Shown here: positions 47,921 to 58,539 of the stretch, piece by piece
How positions within the stretch are numbered: position 1 is the first letter of the stretch
How the letters are laid out: every line of letters begins with the position of its first letter
Translations under genes and position numbers: made by a program
The notes under the pieces: generated by a model
Seen by the model: the letters and a program-made list of their open reading frames with translations, nothing else
The model's database searches: none
What the model was told of the DNA's origin: nothing
Source: Ruminococcus sp.
Lineage (GTDB): Bacteria > Bacillota > Clostridia > Oscillospirales > Ruminococcaceae
Direction: 5' to 3'
DNA: 64,000 nt
Assembly: GCA_029060755.1 (NCBI GenBank)
Contig: JAIDTI010000089.1
Span: 1,744-65,743, forward strand

Positions 47921-48406
47921 ATGAAAAAGATAAATATATTACGTATTTTTTCTGCCCTGCTCACTTTTATCATTATAATTATAATATTTTTGTTTTCCAG
48001 TGAAAATGCAGACAACTCATCTGATACAAGCGGTTATTTGGTTAAAATTATAATCAGTTTTTTCCATGAAAATTTTGAAAGTATGGCAAAATATCAGCAG
48101 AAGGAAATTTTTGATGAAATAAGTCATATAATCAGAAAGACTGCACATTTTTCAATATATACCGCACTAGGATTCTGCTTGTCGCTTGCTGTCGGAAAAA
48201 GAAAAATTATAAGCCTGAAAAGTTTTTTGGTTATAGTTTTCTGTTTCCTGTATGCCTGCTCTGATGAAATTCATCAGTATTTTGTTGCAGGACGTTCCTG
48301 TATGTTTACAGATGTTATAATTGATACCTGCGGAAGTATAACAGGACTTGCAATTTCTGCAATAATTTTAACAATAATAAGCAAAAAAAGCAAAGGACGC
48401 ACTTGA
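47921..48406 (+). CDS. VanZ-family membrane protein
   Basis: IRKTAHFSIY..LG and YACSDEIHQYFV.GR.....DV.ID motifs. Confidence 0.9.
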   Translation: MKKINILRIFSALLTFIIIIIIFLFSSENADNSSDTSGYLVKIIISFFHENFESMAKYQQKEIFDEISHIIRKTAHFSIYTALGFCLSLAVGKRKIISLKSFLVIVFCFLYACSDEIHQYFVAGRSCMFTDVIIDTCGSITGLAISAIILTIISKKSKGRT

Positions 48407-48424
48407 AAGCGTCCTCTTTTTGCT
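48392..48424. terminator. Bidirectional terminator between vanZ and pbp2
   Basis: AAAGGACGC-ACTTGAAA-GCGTCCTCTTTTT. Confidence 0.75.
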
Positions 48425-50619
48425 TATTGCGGTTCAGGTGTATTGACAGTTGTTATTGTTGTTGTCGTTGTTGTTTTGACCGTTGATGATGTTTTATTGC
48501 TTTCATTGCTTTTGCCTGTTGAAGTTCCCGTGCCTGTTGTTGATGTTGTGGTTGAGGTTGATGTGGTTGTAGTTGTTTCAGCTGTTGTGCCGTTTCTCCA
48601 TTCAGGAGGAAGCTGTTTATTATCCTCAACTGTCGGCTTTGAGCCGTTTATGCCGAAACATTCTGCATATGCATCAATAATTCCACGCACCATATATTTT
48701 GAATACTCACCGCCTTCAATTACGCCTGCAAATGCAATTTCGGGCTTATCAGCAGGAGCAAATCCGATAAATACAGAGTTCTGTTTGTTCTTGTTGTCCT
48801 GACTTGTCTGCGGAGTACCTGTTTTTATGGCTACATTGAATCCAAGATTTGAAAGAGAATAGGGGTATGGAACGTTTCTTGCTGCGTCCATCATACCGCC
48901 GATTATATAATCATAGACATAATCGTAATTAAGCTCAATTTTTTCTGCGATTTCAGGTTTTGTTGTTTTTACGTGCTTATTTGAGCCATAAGTATAAAGG
49001 CTGTCCACAAGATAAGGCTTATAGCGTGTACCTTTGTTTGCGATTGTATTTGCAACTGTTGCAAGCTGTAAGGGAGTTATGCCGTAGTCCTGGTTGCCGA
49101 TACCTGCCTGAATAACATAACCGATATACCATTCCTGCCCACGTTCTGCAAATGTTTCAGGATTACATAAAAATCCCTTTGCATCACCTGTTTCAAGTCC
49201 TAAACTTGAACCAAGTCCATAAAGCTGTGAATATTTTGTGATGTTGTCGATACCAAGTTTCTGTGAAACTTCATAGAAATAGATATTGCATGATACCTCT
49301 AAGGCGTGCCTTACAGATATAGATGAGTGATAGCCTGTACACTGGAAATTACCGCCGTAAAATTCGTAATATCTTCCGCAAAAGAAAGACGAACCGCCGT
49401 TTACAATGCCTTCATTAAGACCTGCTGTAGCTGTGATTGTCTTGAAAGTAGAGCCGGGCAGATATAGTCCTTGAGTACAGCGATTGAACATAGGTGCGCC
49501 TTCAGCTTCAAGAAGTTCGTCATAATTTTCAGCAAAATCCTTTAAATTGTAAGTCGGAGCATTTACCATTCCAAGCACACCACCTGTTTTGGCATTAAGT
49601 ACAACAATAGCACCCTTTTCAACCTTTTCACCGCCATAGTATCCGAAGTTGCTAAGAAAATTATCAAGAACATTCTGTAGCTTAATCTGAAATGTGCCGT
49701 CAACTGTCAGTTTTACAGTCTGTCCGGGAACAGTTTTCTTTGTAGTTTTTATGTCAACGATAGAATCATTAAGGATAGTTACTTCTTCCAATCCGCTTTC
49801 GCCACGAAGTTCCTTTTCCATAGCGTATTCAATACCGCTTTTGCCTACTGTGTCATTCATTGCATAACCCAGCTCTTTAAGTTCGTCATATTCCTCTGCA
49901 TATATAGGACCAACAGTGCCGATTTCATGTGGAAGTATATCACCACGCAGAATAACTCTTTCAGCAGAGTCAACAGCTTCAATGCCACGACAGAAGTTAC
50001 TAAGTTCTTTCATATATACAACCATATCTTTATCAACGTCTTTTGCAAGCAGTAAGTCGTTGCTGTATGAGAAGTCTTTTTCAAGCATGGCATAACGCAA
50101 ACCTGCAATCATTCTTTTTTCACGTGGTGAATATTCGTCTGAAATCTCATAGTCTGATATTATTTTGTCAATACAGTTTTCAGCGGTTGCATATGGATTC
50201 AGTTTAAGCAGTTCAGTAGTTCTTAAAACGTCCTCTTTTGTATATTCATAAGGCTCCTGAAATGTAACCGGCAGAACTTCTTCAAACAAATATTTATTAT
50301 CAAGAAGTGCATTATATATTTCAAGCAGAATTTTATTTCCCTGCTGTAAATCATCAGGGAAAAACGCTTTCTGAAGTACAATATCGCATCTGGAATCATT
50401 TCCGATAATCTTATTTCCTCTGTAATCGACTATCTCACCTCTTGTTGACGGCACATCACGTTCAAATGTGAAAGCGTTTGAATCGTATCGGGGAGAAGAT
50501 GCAATGTTTTCATCGCCGACAATCTGTATTTTCATAAGTTTTGACGCTGAAAGTATGCCTGAAATTATAACTAAAAAAACCATTACAAAAGATTTTATTG
50601 TGTCTGAAACTTTATTCAA
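48424..50619 (-). CDS. mrdA: Class B penicillin-binding protein (PBP2/MrdA) with Thr-rich C-terminal tail
   Basis: RGEIVD, GKSGIE, PGSTFK (SxxK), SCN (SxN) and KTGT motifs; follows mreBCD. Confidence 0.92.
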   Translation of the reverse strand: MNKVSDTIKSFVMVFLVIISGILSASKLMKIQIVGDENIASSPRYDSNAFTFERDVPSTRGEIVDYRGNKIIGNDSRCDIVLQKAFFPDDLQQGNKILLEIYNALLDNKYLFEEVLPVTFQEPYEYTKEDVLRTTELLKLNPYATAENCIDKIISDYEISDEYSPREKRMIAGLRYAMLEKDFSYSNDLLLAKDVDKDMVVYMKELSNFCRGIEAVDSAERVILRGDILPHEIGTVGPIYAEEYDELKELGYAMNDTVGKSGIEYAMEKELRGESGLEEVTILNDSIVDIKTTKKTVPGQTVKLTVDGTFQIKLQNVLDNFLSNFGYYGGEKVEKGAIVVLNAKTGGVLGMVNAPTYNLKDFAENYDELLEAEGAPMFNRCTQGLYLPGSTFKTITATAGLNEGIVNGGSSFFCGRYYEFYGGNFQCTGYHSSISVRHALEVSCNIYFYEVSQKLGIDNITKYSQLYGLGSSLGLETGDAKGFLCNPETFAERGQEWYIGYVIQAGIGNQDYGITPLQLATVANTIANKGTRYKPYLVDSLYTYGSNKHVKTTKPEIAEKIELNYDYVYDYIIGGMMDAARNVPYPYSLSNLGFNVAIKTGTPQTSQDNKNKQNSVFIGFAPADKPEIAFAGVIEGGEYSKYMVRGIIDAYAECFGINGSKPTVEDNKQLPPEWRNGTTAETTTTTSTSTTTSTTGTGTSTGKSNESNKTSSTVKTTTTTTITTVNTPEPQ

Positions 50620-50631
50620 GCGGAATCCTCC

Positions 50632-51192
50632 TTAACTGGATTTTATGACTTCTTCAATTGTAAGATGTTCTTTTGGCATAAGGAATTTATTTATTATACT
50701 GAAAATCAGATAAATAACAACAGAGGAAATCATTGTATAAATCCATATTTTAAACGAATATTCAGTGAATATGAGTTCTACATCTGCATAATCCCACATT
50801 TCATAGTAGAATTTATAATCAAGCCAGCATTGTATAAAGGAAACAATTGCTGTTATCCATAAGTAGTTGAAAAATTTTTTACGCAGATACAGTTCATATA
50901 TAAGAGATACAGCAGTACAAAAAATTGTAAGGAGTACAGCATTATATCCGAAAAGCCGTCCGCACGCTATATCAGTGAGAAATCCGCACAATGCACCTGT
51001 ATATGCTGAAAGCATTGTATCATTGTTTATTGCAATGCACAATGCAACAGGTACAAGAAGCATTGGCTTTTTCCATGTTCCTATAGTCATAGCTGTAAAT
51101 GAAATGAAGATTATAGAAATATATAAAATCCAGCGGACAATTGTTTTTATATACAGAATCCTTTTTTCACGGGGAGTTTTTATCCTCATCAT
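50632..51192 (-). CDS. mreD: Rod shape-determining protein MreD
   Basis: Multi-TM protein with GFLTDI..G..FG pattern between mreC and pbp2; AAGGAG RBS. Confidence 0.85.
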   Translation of the reverse strand: MMRIKTPREKRILYIKTIVRWILYISIIFISFTAMTIGTWKKPMLLVPVALCIAINNDTMLSAYTGALCGFLTDIACGRLFGYNAVLLTIFCTAVSLIYELYLRKKFFNYLWITAIVSFIQCWLDYKFYYEMWDYADVELIFTEYSFKIWIYTMISSVVIYLIFSIINKFLMPKEHLTIEEVIKSS

Positions 51193-52042
51193 CAGTCTCC
51201 TTTTTTCCGACAAAATCAGTTATGACAAATACAGAATGTAAACGGGAAATATCGACACAAGGCTCTATTTCAGCATATGCTGTAAGCCCGTTTGATTCAA
51301 CTCCTAAACTTTTTACAGTGCCGATTGGATAATCTTTAGGAAAAAGACCACTGCTTCCAGATGTTATTATAAGATTACCTTTCTTTATTTTGTGATTTAT
51401 ATTCAGGTGAGTTAATTTTGTCATATTGTTTTCAGCAGTTATAACACTTCCCTCTGTTATACCAAAGTCTGCATTTGTTGCAGAGCATACGGAAGCAATT
51501 GACAAATCAGGGGAAAGAATTGTGCGGACTGTTGCAGTATATTGTGAAACTTCGATAACAATTCCGACAATGCCTTCAGCAGTAGTTACGGGGCAATATG
51601 GTTCTATTCCGTCCGCATATCCTTTGTCAATAGTAAACGATTTGAAAGGGTCGTTTGCGATATATCCAAGAATTTCCGCAGGCTGTGAAAAGGTGCTGTC
51701 AGGGTGTTTCTCTTTTATTACAGCAAGTTTTCTCAATTCCTCAACTTCTGCTTGTAAATCTTCATAATCAGCAAGTTTCTGATTGAGTTCGCCGATTTTT
51801 TTCTGTAGTTCCTTATTCTGAACATAGTAAAAATTGGCATTTTCATATCTGTCAATTATAGTTTCAACTTTTACAGAGATGCTGTTTGTAACAAATCGCA
51901 GTGGCTTTGTTATTGTATTTATAAAAGACGCTCCTGAAAGAGAATATCCGCCCTTTGTTACAGCATAAATCATAATACCAACAAGGAAAGCAATAAAAGC
52001 AAGCAGAACTTTGAATCTTGTGCTTTTTAAAAATTCACGCAA
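51167..52042 (-). CDS. mreC: Rod shape-determining protein MreC
   Basis: TM, coiled coil, IDKG..DG, GIVGIV and TSG..G.FP..YPIG motifs. Confidence 0.93.
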   Translation of the reverse strand: MREFLKSTRFKVLLAFIAFLVGIMIYAVTKGGYSLSGASFINTITKPLRFVTNSISVKVETIIDRYENANFYYVQNKELQKKIGELNQKLADYEDLQAEVEELRKLAVIKEKHPDSTFSQPAEILGYIANDPFKSFTIDKGYADGIEPYCPVTTAEGIVGIVIEVSQYTATVRTILSPDLSIASVCSATNADFGITEGSVITAENNMTKLTHLNINHKIKKGNLIITSGSSGLFPKDYPIGTVKSLGVESNGLTAYAEIEPCVDISRLHSVFVITDFVGKKETDDEDKNSP

Positions 52043-52055
52043 TTAAACACACCCC

Positions 52056-53072
52056 TTAATAGTATTTGATGTTTTCGGTTAATGCGTCCTGATATTTGCT
52101 TATATTTTCAAGGATTTTTCCAGTACCTTCTGCAACGCAGTCAAGAGGATATTCCGCAATATATACAGGCATACCTGTTTCACGGCTGATAAGTCTGTCA
52201 AGTCCACGCAGTAATGCGCCACCGCCTGAAAGTGTTATGCCGTTGTCAATAATATCCGCTGAAAGTTCGGGAGGTGTTTCCTCCAGAGTAGCTTTTATTG
52301 CATCAATGACTTTTGCAAGCGGTTCAACAAGTGCATCACGTATTTCAGATGATGTTACTGTAACATTTTCGGGCAGTCCGTTTACAAGGTTACGCCCCTT
52401 TATTTCCATTTTGTCCTCTTTTTCACCAGGAAAAGCAGAACCGATTTCTATTTTTATATTTTCTGCCGTTCTCTCACCGATAAGAAGATTATACTTTTTC
52501 TTGATGTAATTTATTATAGCAACATCAAACTGGTCGCCAGCACATCTTATAGAACGTGATGCAACGATTCCGCCAAGTGAGATGACAGCAACTTCACTTG
52601 TACCACCGCCAATATCAATAATCATACTGCCAGCAGGGTTGTTTGTGGGAAGTCCTGCACCTATTGCCGCCGCCATAGGTTCTTCAATTATAAGAACGTT
52701 CTTTGCGCCGGCTTTCTGACAGGCTTCACGTACAGCACGTCTTTCAACAGGTGTTACACCGGAGGGAATACATATTATAACATTGGCTTTTGTCAATATT
52801 GTACCCCTCAATGCTTTTTTTATGAACTCCTCAAGCATTGTTATAGTAATTTCAAAATTTGCTATAACACCGTCTTTAAGCGGTCGCACGGCAACGATAG
52901 AACCGGGAGTTCTTCCGATAACTTCTTTAGCCTCCATGCCGACATATCTTGTCTTGTCGGTTCTTGTGTTGACAGCAACAACAGACGGCTCACGTATAAT
53001 AATGCCTTTTCCACGCAGATATACAAGAGTATTTGCAGTGCCTAAGTCTATACCAATATCTTTTGTAAACAT
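52056..53072 (-). CDS. mreB: Actin-like protein MreB
   Basis: [37 protein letters not shown] and GGGALL motifs. Confidence 0.97.
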   Translation of the reverse strand: MFTKDIGIDLGTANTLVYLRGKGIIIREPSVVAVNTRTDKTRYVGMEAKEVIGRTPGSIVAVRPLKDGVIANFEITITMLEEFIKKALRGTILTKANVIICIPSGVTPVERRAVREACQKAGAKNVLIIEEPMAAAIGAGLPTNNPAGSMIIDIGGGTSEVAVISLGGIVASRSIRCAGDQFDVAIINYIKKKYNLLIGERTAENIKIEIGSAFPGEKEDKMEIKGRNLVNGLPENVTVTSSEIRDALVEPLAKVIDAIKATLEETPPELSADIIDNGITLSGGGALLRGLDRLISRETGMPVYIAEYPLDCVAEGTGKILENISKYQDALTENIKYY

Positions 53073-53109
53073 TTTGTCGCTCCTTAATATTTCTATAATC
53101 CATTAATTT

Positions 53110-53138
53110 ATTATAACACTAATTCCGCAAATAGACAA
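53110..53138 (-). promoter_or_regulatory. Sigma-A promoter of mreBCD-pbp2
   Basis: TTGTCT-N17-TATAAT with TG extended -10. Confidence 0.65.
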
Positions 53139-53187
53139 TATTTTTGACAGAAAAATTTTTCCTTGTATAAGCAAAAAAATATGTACA

Positions 53188-53454
53188 TTATTTAGCAAAA
53201 AGTTTTGAAGATGTTTTGTTGTATATAATAATAGCAGCTATCATAAAAATTATTTGTGCGACGTTTACAGTTATGCTTATACCGAATGTAAGTTGTATTA
53301 CATCAATGTCAACAAAAGTTCCTGGTTCAAATGCAAATGTTTTGGAATATCCAAGCCAGCTGAGACCGTCTGTTCCGATAACCATATTGCCAAGCATATT
53401 TCCAAGAACTATTGCACACATTATAAGGAAACACATATAACAAGTATATTTCAT
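53188..53454 (-). CDS. DUF4321-like small membrane protein
   Basis: Two hydrophobic hairpins around ..LTFG...VN pattern; GGAG RBS. Confidence 0.65.
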   Translation of the reverse strand: MKYTCYMCFLIMCAIVLGNMLGNMVIGTDGLSWLGYSKTFAFEPGTFVDIDVIQLTFGISITVNVAQIIFMIAAIIIYNKTSSKLFAK

Positions 53455-53471
53455 AGAAAAACTCCTTATTT

Positions 53472-53915
53472 TTATTTTAAGCCTGACGACCCGAATCCGC
53501 CTTTGCCACGTTCTGTTTCTGTAAGAGTCTCACTCACTTCAATTTCAGGAAACAGAACTTTTGTTGGAATAAGCTGTGCAATTCTCATTCCATGTTCAAC
53601 AACAAACGACTTTTTTCCGTGATTTATCAGCGGTATAAACCACTCACCACGATAATCGCTGTCAACAACACCAACGCAGTTTGCAAGGGAAATACCATAT
53701 TTTGTGGCAAGTCCGGAACGTGGATAAATCAGCATAGCAATATCATCACAATCAACCATAGCTGTAAGACCCGTCGGAATCATCTTTATTTCTCCTGATT
53801 CCAGTGTTACAGGCTCATCAAGACAAGCATATATGTCAAGTCCAGCACTTGCTTCTGTTGCTCTTGATGGAATTATTGCTTTTTCGTTAGTTTTTTTGAA
53901 AGTCAGCTTCATCAA
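53472..53915 (-). CDS. dut: dUTP diphosphatase
   Basis: SAGLDI, PRSGLA, GVVDSDYRGE, RIAQL and RGKGGFGSSG motifs. Confidence 0.96.
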   Translation of the reverse strand: MMKLTFKKTNEKAIIPSRATEASAGLDIYACLDEPVTLESGEIKMIPTGLTAMVDCDDIAMLIYPRSGLATKYGISLANCVGVVDSDYRGEWFIPLINHGKKSFVVEHGMRIAQLIPTKVLFPEIEVSETLTETERGKGGFGSSGLK

Positions 53916-55942
53916 TTAACACCTCTGTAATATAGTCCTCTTGTAATGTTTTTTGTTGGCTTTATACCTGATATTGCGGATTTTGTCTGTTCTGCATCTT
54001 CTTCATAAAGCATAACAACAGCAAAGCTTATTCCTGAAAGCTCACTGATTTTGTCTGTCATGCAGAGTATATCAGAATTAAGAATTTCTACATAGTCTCC
54101 GGAGCAGGCAACAGGCAGTTTTCTTGCTGTTCTGTCAGTTATATAGCCAGTACAGTTTTTACAGCCGATTTCATTTTTTATCGGACAGTTTCTTGTCAGC
54201 ATGAGCGGAAACCTGCCATAAATTACAGCACCCACAGGTATTTCAGTTTTCAATTGTCTGAATTGACTGACAGTAGCTTCTACAGAGAAAATGCAGTCTT
54301 CAAGACCAAGATTTTGCAGATATTCAGCACTGAATGAGTTGAATACATTTAACGTGAAATTTCCATGAAGTCTGAAACCAAGTTTCTTGCCGATTGCTAT
54401 GCTGTCAATCGTATGGCAGAGAATATGATTCAAGCCAAGTGATTTCAGTCTGCGGAGCTGTGCTGTAGTTTCATCTTCGTTTACAATAAATCGTGGCGGT
54501 GAGATGATTATTTTTTCAGCAGAAACTTTTTCAATCAGACTTTCAGTTATTATTTTCATAGGAATGACAACATATTCTGATTTTTTACAGGCAACGACAG
54601 CTTGTTCTGCTGTACGGCAGAATGTGCGAACAGGAGCTTTTCCTATTATTGTGATATAGTTACCGTTTTTCTGCGGAATATAGTCTGTTATCGTGTATTT
54701 CGGGGTGTTTTTATTAATTATATTTTCCGTCAGCTTTTCAATAATGTTTCGTCTTAATTCATTCAGCTTGCCAACAGAAATAAAAAGTCCGTCATCAATA
54801 TCTGCTGTAAGACTTCCAAAATAAAAAACAGTATCACCTAATTTTGAGAACTGTTTTTTCAGATAATCATAATCAACAGGAGATTTTTTTGCATTATCTG
54901 GAACTTCTCCTGTAATTTCCGCTGAAACATCACCGCAGACAGCTTTTATGGATATAGGATTTCCCGATTTTATTTCAGCATGAAAGTCTACTTTGTGAAC
55001 AGCACGTTCACTGCGGTAAAGTTCATGAATCTTCGGGAAAATCTGTTTTGCGGAAATAATATTCTCCTTTTCACGTATGCCGAACATATTACAGTGGTTA
55101 CCAGTAAAATAGCCGTCTGTAAATCCTCCACGTGAAAAAATATCTCTAAGAAGTTCAATATCAGGTGTTTCACCATCAAGAGCCTTTTTCAGTTCATTTG
55201 ATGCTGATGCTGTATATTCAGGACGTTTCATTCTGCCTTCTATTTTCAGCGAATCAACACCAATCTGCATAAGTTTTTCAGCGTGATTAAGCAATGATAA
55301 ATCTTTTAACGACAAAGCATTGCGGTCGCTTACTCCGACAGCAGAAAAAGGAAGTCGGCAGGCTTGTCCGCAACAGCCACGATTTGCCGAGCGTGAACCC
55401 ATTACAGCCGACATATAGCATTGCCCCGATACAGACATACACAATGCACCATGCACAAAAACTTCTGTTTCAATATCTTCTTTGCAGATTTTTTCAAGTG
55501 TATCTGATGAAAGCTCACGGGCAGGGACAACTCTTGCAAATCCGAGGTCTTTAAGCATATGTGTTCCGATAGCTGTATGCACTGACATTTGTGTGGAGGC
55601 ATGAAGTACAGCATCGGGAACTGCTTTTTTTATTATATAAACAGCTCCCAAATCCTGTACTATGTATCCGTCGATTCCCATTTCAGCGGTTGATTTTATG
55701 TATTTGCAGAAATCATACATTTCATCGTCGGCTATGATTGTATTTACAGCGAGATAAAGTTTAGCACCGTATTTATGGCATACAGTAAGTGCTTCTGATA
55801 TTTCATCAGCTGAAAAGTTCATAGCATTGTTTCTTGCAGAAAATTTTTTTCCTCCAATATAAACAGCGTCTGCGCCTGAACGGAGTGCAGAAATTAGTGA
55901 CTCCATATTTCCGGCAGGAGCAAGAATTTCAGAACGTTTCAT
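53912..55942 (-). CDS. U32-family protein with DUF3656 region (RlhA-like RNA hydroxylase)
   Basis: EILAPAG, GADAVY.G, HASTQ, EVFVHGALC...SGQC, NRGCCGQACR and LKIEGR motifs. Confidence 0.9.
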   Translation of the reverse strand: MKRSEILAPAGNMESLISALRSGADAVYIGGKKFSARNNAMNFSADEISEALTVCHKYGAKLYLAVNTIIADDEMYDFCKYIKSTAEMGIDGYIVQDLGAVYIIKKAVPDAVLHASTQMSVHTAIGTHMLKDLGFARVVPARELSSDTLEKICKEDIETEVFVHGALCMSVSGQCYMSAVMGSRSANRGCCGQACRLPFSAVGVSDRNALSLKDLSLLNHAEKLMQIGVDSLKIEGRMKRPEYTASASNELKKALDGETPDIELLRDIFSRGGFTDGYFTGNHCNMFGIREKENIISAKQIFPKIHELYRSERAVHKVDFHAEIKSGNPISIKAVCGDVSAEITGEVPDNAKKSPVDYDYLKKQFSKLGDTVFYFGSLTADIDDGLFISVGKLNELRRNIIEKLTENIINKNTPKYTITDYIPQKNGNYITIIGKAPVRTFCRTAEQAVVACKKSEYVVIPMKIITESLIEKVSAEKIIISPPRFIVNEDETTAQLRRLKSLGLNHILCHTIDSIAIGKKLGFRLHGNFTLNVFNSFSAEYLQNLGLEDCIFSVEATVSQFRQLKTEIPVGAVIYGRFPLMLTRNCPIKNEIGCKNCTGYITDRTARKLPVACSGDYVEILNSDILCMTDKISELSGISFAVVMLYEEDAEQTKSAISGIKPTKNITRGLYYRGVN

Positions 55943-56301
55943 CAGATACTATCCTTCAGCTTTTTAAGTTTTACCATGTTTTCAAGCTGTTCATTTTTTG
56001 CTTTAAGTGCTTCAATTTCTTTTAAAGCAGCTTCTTTCTCAATACGGTTTCTGCCTGCTTCGTCAACATACTCCTTTGTTTGTGTGCGTATGTTTTCAAC
56101 TCTCTGGCTTGATTTGTTAAGGTCGTCAAGAAGGCTTAATGCTACCATTATTGCGGCAGTATATGGTGAACTTCCCGAGTTCATGAGTTCAGTTATTTTG
56201 CCCTCAAGAGTACGTGCAAGTGAGAAAACATAGTTCGGGGATTCTGCTGTTCTGAGTTTGTATTCTTTTCCGCAGATTATAACTTTTACTTCATTAAGCA
56301 T
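55942..56301 (-). CDS. zapA: Cell division protein ZapA
   Basis: V.ICGKEYKL...E, AAIMVALS and a C-terminal coiled coil. Confidence 0.85.
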   Translation of the reverse strand: MLNEVKVIICGKEYKLRTAESPNYVFSLARTLEGKITELMNSGSSPYTAAIMVALSLLDDLNKSSQRVENIRTQTKEYVDEAGRNRIEKEAALKEIEALKAKNEQLENMVKLKKLKDSI

Positions 56302-56353
56302 TTTTTATATCTTCCTTTCTTTTGCTGTGGAATACTAACGAAATTTCAGAAAA

Positions 56354-56935
56354 TCAATAATAGCGTTTAAGACCTATAACTTTTCCGAGAATTTCACATT
56401 CATCAAGAATTATAGGACTCATGCTGTCATTTTCGGGCTGAAGTCTGTATTTTCCGTCTTCTTTATAGAAACGTTTTACAGTAGCATCTTCTCCATCAAT
56501 AAATGCAACAACAATATCTCCGTTTTCTGCATAGTTATCTTTCTTTACAACAACAATATCTCCGTCAAGTATGCCTGCATTAATCATGCTTTCACCCTTT
56601 ATTTTCAGTGCAAAGAGGTCATTCGGGTCATAATTCGGAGTTTCAAAATTGATGTAGCCTGTAATATCCTCAAAAGCAGTAATAGGCTGACCTGCTGTAA
56701 CAGTTCCCATGATTGGCACTGATACTGAACTGCTGTTCGGAAGTCGGAGTGAACGGTTAAGACTGTCGGTTTTTTCGATAAGTCCGTCCTCAACAAGTGC
56801 GTTGATATAGCGGTGTGCTGTTGATGTTGATTTGAACTCCATAGCATCCATAATTTCTCTTACAGATGGTGAAATACCACTGCTTAATTTAATCTTTATA
56901 AAGTTAAAGACTTTTATTTTCTTTTCTTTTGACAT
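56354..56935 (-). CDS. lexA: SOS repressor LexA
   Basis: PSVREI HTH, VTAG cleavage site, GESM catalytic Ser and TVKR catalytic Lys. Confidence 0.93.
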   Translation of the reverse strand: MSKEKKIKVFNFIKIKLSSGISPSVREIMDAMEFKSTSTAHRYINALVEDGLIEKTDSLNRSLRLPNSSSVSVPIMGTVTAGQPITAFEDITGYINFETPNYDPNDLFALKIKGESMINAGILDGDIVVVKKDNYAENGDIVVAFIDGEDATVKRFYKEDGKYRLQPENDSMSPIILDECEILGKVIGLKRYY

Positions 56936-56938
56936 TGT

Positions 56939-58378
56939 TTAGTCCTCCTGAGATAGTTTTTTTAATATCATTTTTGCAATTTTGTAAGCATCTCCGCAGC
57001 CGAGAGTTATAACAAGGTCACCCGCTTCTGCGTTTTCACATACATAATTGTATATCTGTTCAAAGTTAAAATATTTGCGTTCGTCTGTCCATTCCTCTGA
57101 TTCATTTTGCGGAAACCATATGCAGTCCGGAATTTTTTCCGCAAGATGACGTGTGAAAATTCCATAGGTATTCTTTTCACGGCTGCCCATAATATCAGTA
57201 AGCACCGCATAATCGGGAATTTGCAGAACTCTTGCAAAGTCGTCAAGGAGCAGACTTGTTCTGCTGAATGTGAATGGCTGAAAAACTGCCCACACTTTGC
57301 GGAAATTCATTTCCATAGCAGCTTTTAAAGTTGCCTCCAGTTCTGTCGGGTGATGTGCATAATCATCAACAACAGTTATTCCTTTTTCCTCACCGAGTTT
57401 CTCAAAACGACGTTTAGCACCTCTGAAATCTTCCAGACCTTTTGCGATAAATTCAAAATCAATACCGCAGTAACGAGCTGCTGCAACAGATGCAAGCGAA
57501 TTGAGAACATTGTGTATTCCTGCAACATGGAGTGTTATTCTGCCGAGATTTTCGCCCTTGTACATCACATCATATTTTGTAAGCATACCGTTTTCATGAT
57601 TGATATTTGCAGGGTAGTAGTCGCATGAACTGTCATTTCCGAAAGTAATAATCTCTTTTCCTGTTATTCTTTCGAGTGATTTCATGGAATTTTTGTCCGA
57701 GCCGTTGATTATAATACACTTTGATGTATTTTCATTGAACTTATGGAAAGATTTGATTATATTGTCAAGCGTTCCGAAATAGTCAAGGTGGTCTGCATCA
57801 ATATTGAGTACAACAGAAATATCAGGGAGAAATTTAAGAAAATGGTCCTGAAATTCGCATGATTCACAAACGAAAATATCACTTCTGCCAGCAATCCCAC
57901 TTCCATTGATACATGGGAGCTTACCGCCGATATATGCAGACAAGTCAACACCTGCTGTATACATAATCTGGGTAATCATAGAGGTTGTGGAAGTTTTTCC
58001 GTGAGTTCCTGAAACACATATTGCCTTATCATACCAGCCTGTTACAATTCCGAGCAGGTCGGCACGTTCAAGGACAGGCACTCCACTTTCTTTTGCGGCA
58101 ACAAGTTCAGGATTATCAGCCATGATTGCCGCCGTGTGTACTATCAAATCCGCACCCTCTATATTTTCTGCTCTTTGTCCGATAAAAACAGGTATTCCCA
58201 TATTTCTTACAGCATCAAGAGTTTCTGTTTCGTTGTTGTCCGAGCCGGTAAGATAATAGCCCTGTCCGTGTAAAATCTGTGCAAGCGGATACATTCCTGA
58301 ACCGCCTATGCCGATAAAATGAATATGCTTTTTGCCGTTTAAAATATTTCTGTCCAAATAATTCACTCTCCTAATCAT
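56939..58378 (-). CDS. murC: UDP-N-acetylmuramate--L-alanine ligase
   Basis: HFIGIGGSGM, GTHGKTSTT, DADHLDYF, DDYAHHPTE and FQPFTFSRT motifs. Confidence 0.96.
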   Translation of the reverse strand: MIRRVNYLDRNILNGKKHIHFIGIGGSGMYPLAQILHGQGYYLTGSDNNETETLDAVRNMGIPVFIGQRAENIEGADLIVHTAAIMADNPELVAAKESGVPVLERADLLGIVTGWYDKAICVSGTHGKTSTTSMITQIMYTAGVDLSAYIGGKLPCINGSGIAGRSDIFVCESCEFQDHFLKFLPDISVVLNIDADHLDYFGTLDNIIKSFHKFNENTSKCIIINGSDKNSMKSLERITGKEIITFGNDSSCDYYPANINHENGMLTKYDVMYKGENLGRITLHVAGIHNVLNSLASVAAARYCGIDFEFIAKGLEDFRGAKRRFEKLGEEKGITVVDDYAHHPTELEATLKAAMEMNFRKVWAVFQPFTFSRTSLLLDDFARVLQIPDYAVLTDIMGSREKNTYGIFTRHLAEKIPDCIWFPQNESEEWTDERKYFNFEQIYNYVCENAEAGDLVITLGCGDAYKIAKMILKKLSQED

Positions 58379-58510
58379 TTACAATATTATGTGCATAACT
58401 ATTCTATTATATTATTATACTATATTTTTACAATTATTTCAATAGGAATTTTCAATTTAATTCACATATTTCAATAACTTTTTAAAATCATAAATATTTT
58501 TCATTTCCTC

Positions 58511-58539
58511 TTGATTTTTTTGTTTTTTTGGAGTATAAT
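58511..58539 (+). promoter_or_regulatory. Sigma-A-like promoter upstream of spoVG
   Basis: TTGATT-N17-TATAAT. Confidence 0.55.

Noticed and set aside
58385-58420. GTGCATAA-CTATTC-TATTAT as a possible dif site
   Set aside because: Only the left arm partly resembles dif; the XerD arm does not match, and the region is AT-rich promoter DNA.
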